Source: Vicinamibacterales bacterium
Lineage (GTDB): Bacteria > Acidobacteriota > Vicinamibacteria > Vicinamibacterales > UBA8438
Length of the DNA: 64,000 bases
Assembly: GCA_965204675.1 (NCBI GenBank)
Contig: OZ242003.1
Location: 4,371,686 to 4,435,685, forward strand
Direction: 5' to 3'
Part shown: positions 61,564 through 64,000 of the stretch, piece by piece
Position numbering within the stretch: position 1 is the first letter of the stretch
Layout: every line of letters begins with the position of its first letter
Program-made: the position numbers and the translations under genes
Notes under the pieces: model-generated
The model's database searches: none
Told to the model about the DNA's origin: nothing
The model's input: only the letters and a program-made list of their open reading frames with translations

Positions 61564-62768
61564 TGGGCGACTCGGTGGGGCTGCTGGTGGCGCTCGTGGC
61601 CCTCCTCGCGGGCCTCGCCGCGGGGAAGGCCTGGGAGCGCTACAAGCTCCGCGCGGGACGCTGGATCGACCTTCGGCGGGCCCGCGAGTCGCCGCGCTAC
61701 CTGCTGGGGCTCAACATGCTGGTGTCCAACCAGCTCGACCCCGCGATCGAGGAGCTGAGCACCGCGGTCGGCCTAGACGCCGACGCCCTCGAGCTGCACC
61801 TGATACTCGGCAACCTGTACCGGGAGAAGGGACAGGTCACCCGCGCGATACAGCTTCACCAGCAGGCGCTGCAGCGGCCCAAGCTGACGAGGGGCGAGCA
61901 GGCGTACCTGCTGCTCTGCCTCGGGCTCGACTTCAAGCGCGGCGGCTTCGTCGACCGGGCCCTCGAGGCCTTCCAGGAGGTGCTGCGCATCGACGGCGCC
62001 AACCGGCAGGCGCTGTCGAACCTCGAGAAGCTGCACGAGGAGCAGCAGCAGTGGCACGAGGCCCGGGCCATCCGCCGCCGGCTGACGGCCCTCGCCGAGC
62101 CCGGCGAGCGCCCGCGGCACCAGGCGATACTCGCGTTCCTGGAGGCCCGGCTGGGGGTGCAGGCGCTGGAGCAGGCCGATCCCGACGAGGCGGTGTCGCG
62201 GTTCGAGGCGGCCATCGCCCTCGACGAGGGGGCCGTCCCCGCCTACCTCGACCTCGGCGACCTGCAGCGCCGGGAGGGCCGCCTCGCGGAGGCCGTCGCC
62301 ACCTGGGACCGCGTTCCCGGGGTCGCGCCGGACCGCGCCTACCTCATCCTCGACCGGGTCGAGCGCGCGAGCCGCGAGCTGGGCGACGACAAACGCTTCC
62401 CGGCCCTGTGCCGCCGCCTGATCGATGCCAATCCGCAGGACTGGCGCGCCCGGCTGGCGCTGGGGCGGCACCTCGCGGACCGCGGCGATCCCGCCGGCGC
62501 ACTCGACCTGCTCTTCGAGTCGCTGGCGCACAACCCGCACGCCATGAGCGTGCACCAGGTGGTGTGGCAGGCCCTCGCCGCCCTCCGCTTCGACGAGTCG
62601 CGGGTCCGCCGCTACATGGCGTTGATGCGCGGCGCGGTGTTCTACCGGGACCCCCACGTGTGCATGCAGTGCCGCTACCGCAGCACCGAGTTCCTGTGGC
62701 AGTGTCCCCAGTGCCACGAGTGGAACACCTTCGTCGAGGAGCGGATCACGCCGGCCGAGGAGAGCTGA
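61563..62768 (+). CDS. lapB: LPS assembly protein B (TPR + rubredoxin-like)
   Basis: N-terminal TM, LGNLYREKGQ..RAI..H, TPRs, C-terminal CMQC...WQCPQC.EW. Confidence 0.85.
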   Translation: MGDSVGLLVALVALLAGLAAGKAWERYKLRAGRWIDLRRARESPRYLLGLNMLVSNQLDPAIEELSTAVGLDADALELHLILGNLYREKGQVTRAIQLHQQALQRPKLTRGEQAYLLLCLGLDFKRGGFVDRALEAFQEVLRIDGANRQALSNLEKLHEEQQQWHEARAIRRRLTALAEPGERPRHQAILAFLEARLGVQALEQADPDEAVSRFEAAIALDEGAVPAYLDLGDLQRREGRLAEAVATWDRVPGVAPDRAYLILDRVERASRELGDDKRFPALCRRLIDANPQDWRARLALGRHLADRGDPAGALDLLFESLAHNPHAMSVHQVVWQALAALRFDESRVRRYMALMRGAVFYRDPHVCMQCRYRSTEFLWQCPQCHEWNTFVEERITPAEES

Positions 62769-62770
62769 CG

Positions 62771-63373
62771 ATGCGGGTGGTGCTGACCGGAGGCATTGCG
62801 ACCGGCAAGAGCCACGTGCTCGAGCGCCTCGCGGCCGCCGGGGTGCCGACCTCCGACGCGGACCGGTGGGCCCACGACACGATCGCGCCGGGCGGGCCGG
62901 CGTGGCAGGACGTGCGCGACCGCTTCGGGCCCGGGGTGATCGACGCCGAGGGACGCGTCGACCGGCGCCGGCTCGGCGCCATCGTCTTCGCCGACGACGC
63001 CGCGCGGGCCGACCTCAACGCCATCGTCCACCCCCGCGTGCGGTCCGCCATCAGCGGCTGGTTCGACGCGCTCGAACGGCGCTCGGCCCACCGCTTCGCC
63101 GTCGTCGCGATACCCTTGTTCTTCGAGAGTCCGCGGACGGAGTCGTTCGACCGGGTCATCGTGACCGCCTGTGGGCGCGCGGCCCAGGTCGCGCGGGTGG
63201 TCGCGCGCGGTTTCAGCCGGGACGAGGCCGAACGCCGCATCGCCGCCCAACTGCCGACCGAGGAGAAGGTGCGCCGGGCCGACCACGTGATCCGGACGGA
63301 CGGGACGCTGACGGAGACCGACCGGCAGGTGGACGCCGTGCATAGCGAGCTGGCGGCCCTGTCGGGCGCGTGA
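62771..63373 (+). CDS. coaE: dephospho-CoA kinase
   Basis: LTGGIATGKS, DAD, VDRRRLG..VF, IVHP, IPLFFE, RIAAQ. Confidence 0.94.
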   Translation: MRVVLTGGIATGKSHVLERLAAAGVPTSDADRWAHDTIAPGGPAWQDVRDRFGPGVIDAEGRVDRRRLGAIVFADDAARADLNAIVHPRVRSAISGWFDALERRSAHRFAVVAIPLFFESPRTESFDRVIVTACGRAAQVARVVARGFSRDEAERRIAAQLPTEEKVRRADHVIRTDGTLTETDRQVDAVHSELAALSGA

Positions 63374-63682
63374 ACCGAGACGTGCCGTTTGGGCGTATGG
63401 AGCGAACGCGCTGCCCGGCTCCTCGCAGACGAGACCGTCCACCGGCGCTCCCCGACCGCTGGATCGCCGCCCGCGACCGCCGAGCGGGATTCCCCTTGCC
63501 CCGGCGACCCGGCGACGGCAACCTGTGTGGCAGGTGTGCGATGCCGCCGTGCCGACGGTGACCGCGGGCGGGCGGCCATGGAACCTCGATCGGGGGCCGG
63601 CACGTATAGACCATGCGAGGACGCGCCGGCGCTCGCCGGCACGCGGCGGTCGCGGGCCGGTGGGGTACCGGGGACGGGGGCG

Positions 63683-64000
63683 ATGAACGAGACCGAGGCG
63701 TTGGTGCAAATCCGGGACCTGCACAAGCAGTTCCGGCGCGGATCGGAGCGGATCGACGTCCTGCAGGGGGTCACCATCGACCTCCCGCGGGGGGACTTCC
63801 TGGCCCTCATGGGCCCGTCGGGCTCGGGCAAGACGACCCTGCTCAACCTGCTCGGCGGCCTCGACACCCCGAGCGACGGCTCGGTGACGGTGGGCGGCGA
63901 CCGCATCGACCGCATGTCGGGGGGGAAGCTCGCGCGCTGGCGGGCGCGCCACATCGGGTTCGTCTTCCAGCTCTACAACCTGCTGCCGGTGCTGACGGCG
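63683..64000 (+). CDS. ABC transporter ATP-binding protein (LolD/MacB-like), truncated by the window end
   Basis: MNETEALVQIRDLHK...MGPSGSGKTTLLNLLGGLD...IGFVFQLYNLLP. Confidence 0.9.
   Translation, partial: MNETEALVQIRDLHKQFRRGSERIDVLQGVTIDLPRGDFLALMGPSGSGKTTLLNLLGGLDTPSDGSVTVGGDRIDRMSGGKLARWRARHIGFVFQLYNLLPVLTA

Noticed and set aside
63374-63682. Riboswitch or ECF promoter (GGAAC...CGTA) upstream of the ABC ATPase
   Set aside because: No recognisable aptamer, and the 18-nt spacing is marginal, so it is unsupported without comparative data.

Overview
A very GC-rich bacterial chromosomal window of about 58 genes, mostly core metabolism. The gene content and order suggest a diderm, most likely an Acidobacteriota (Vicinamibacteria-like) organism; that assignment is inference. 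In order it holds: an ACE-like M2 peptidase, purA, a P-loop/wHTH protein, a cutA / HAMP-PP2C phosphatase / (DUF2007-like)-RNase III unit, ftsB and initiator tRNA-Met, an acyl-CoA dehydrogenase, a Schlafen(AlbA_2)-HATPase gene, tartrate dehydrogenase/CoA-transferase/crotonase, pgi/rpiB, and a fatty-acid modification cluster (desaturase, FAD oxidoreductase, DUF1365, two Cfa-like methyltransferases, DUF1295) with a split two-component system. Next come a form I aerobic CO dehydrogenase cluster (coxE frameshifted), pncB/pncA, a Rieske/split-cytochrome b complex with an 8-heme cytochrome c and a HEAT-repeat protein, the TCA block mdh-sucCD-korAB-ndk, serA, kdsB-pyrG-kdsA-kdsD-lapB-coaE and a truncated ABC ATPase. 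I found no transposase, integrase or cas gene. The non-coding or unusual structures are: (i) an orphan CRISPR-like array of 4 hairpin repeats with exact 61-bp periodicity between mdh and serA; (ii) a CTAG-bounded MITE family (3 copies) that supplies stop codons; (iii) a second, co-oriented REP-like family at 5 loci; (iv) a 3x94-bp duplication that creates a chain of overlapping 33-aa mini-ORFs; (v) several candidate leaderless promoters. Most long ORFs in the supplied track are GC-rich shadow frames. Start codons were chosen by eye and no database searches were run.
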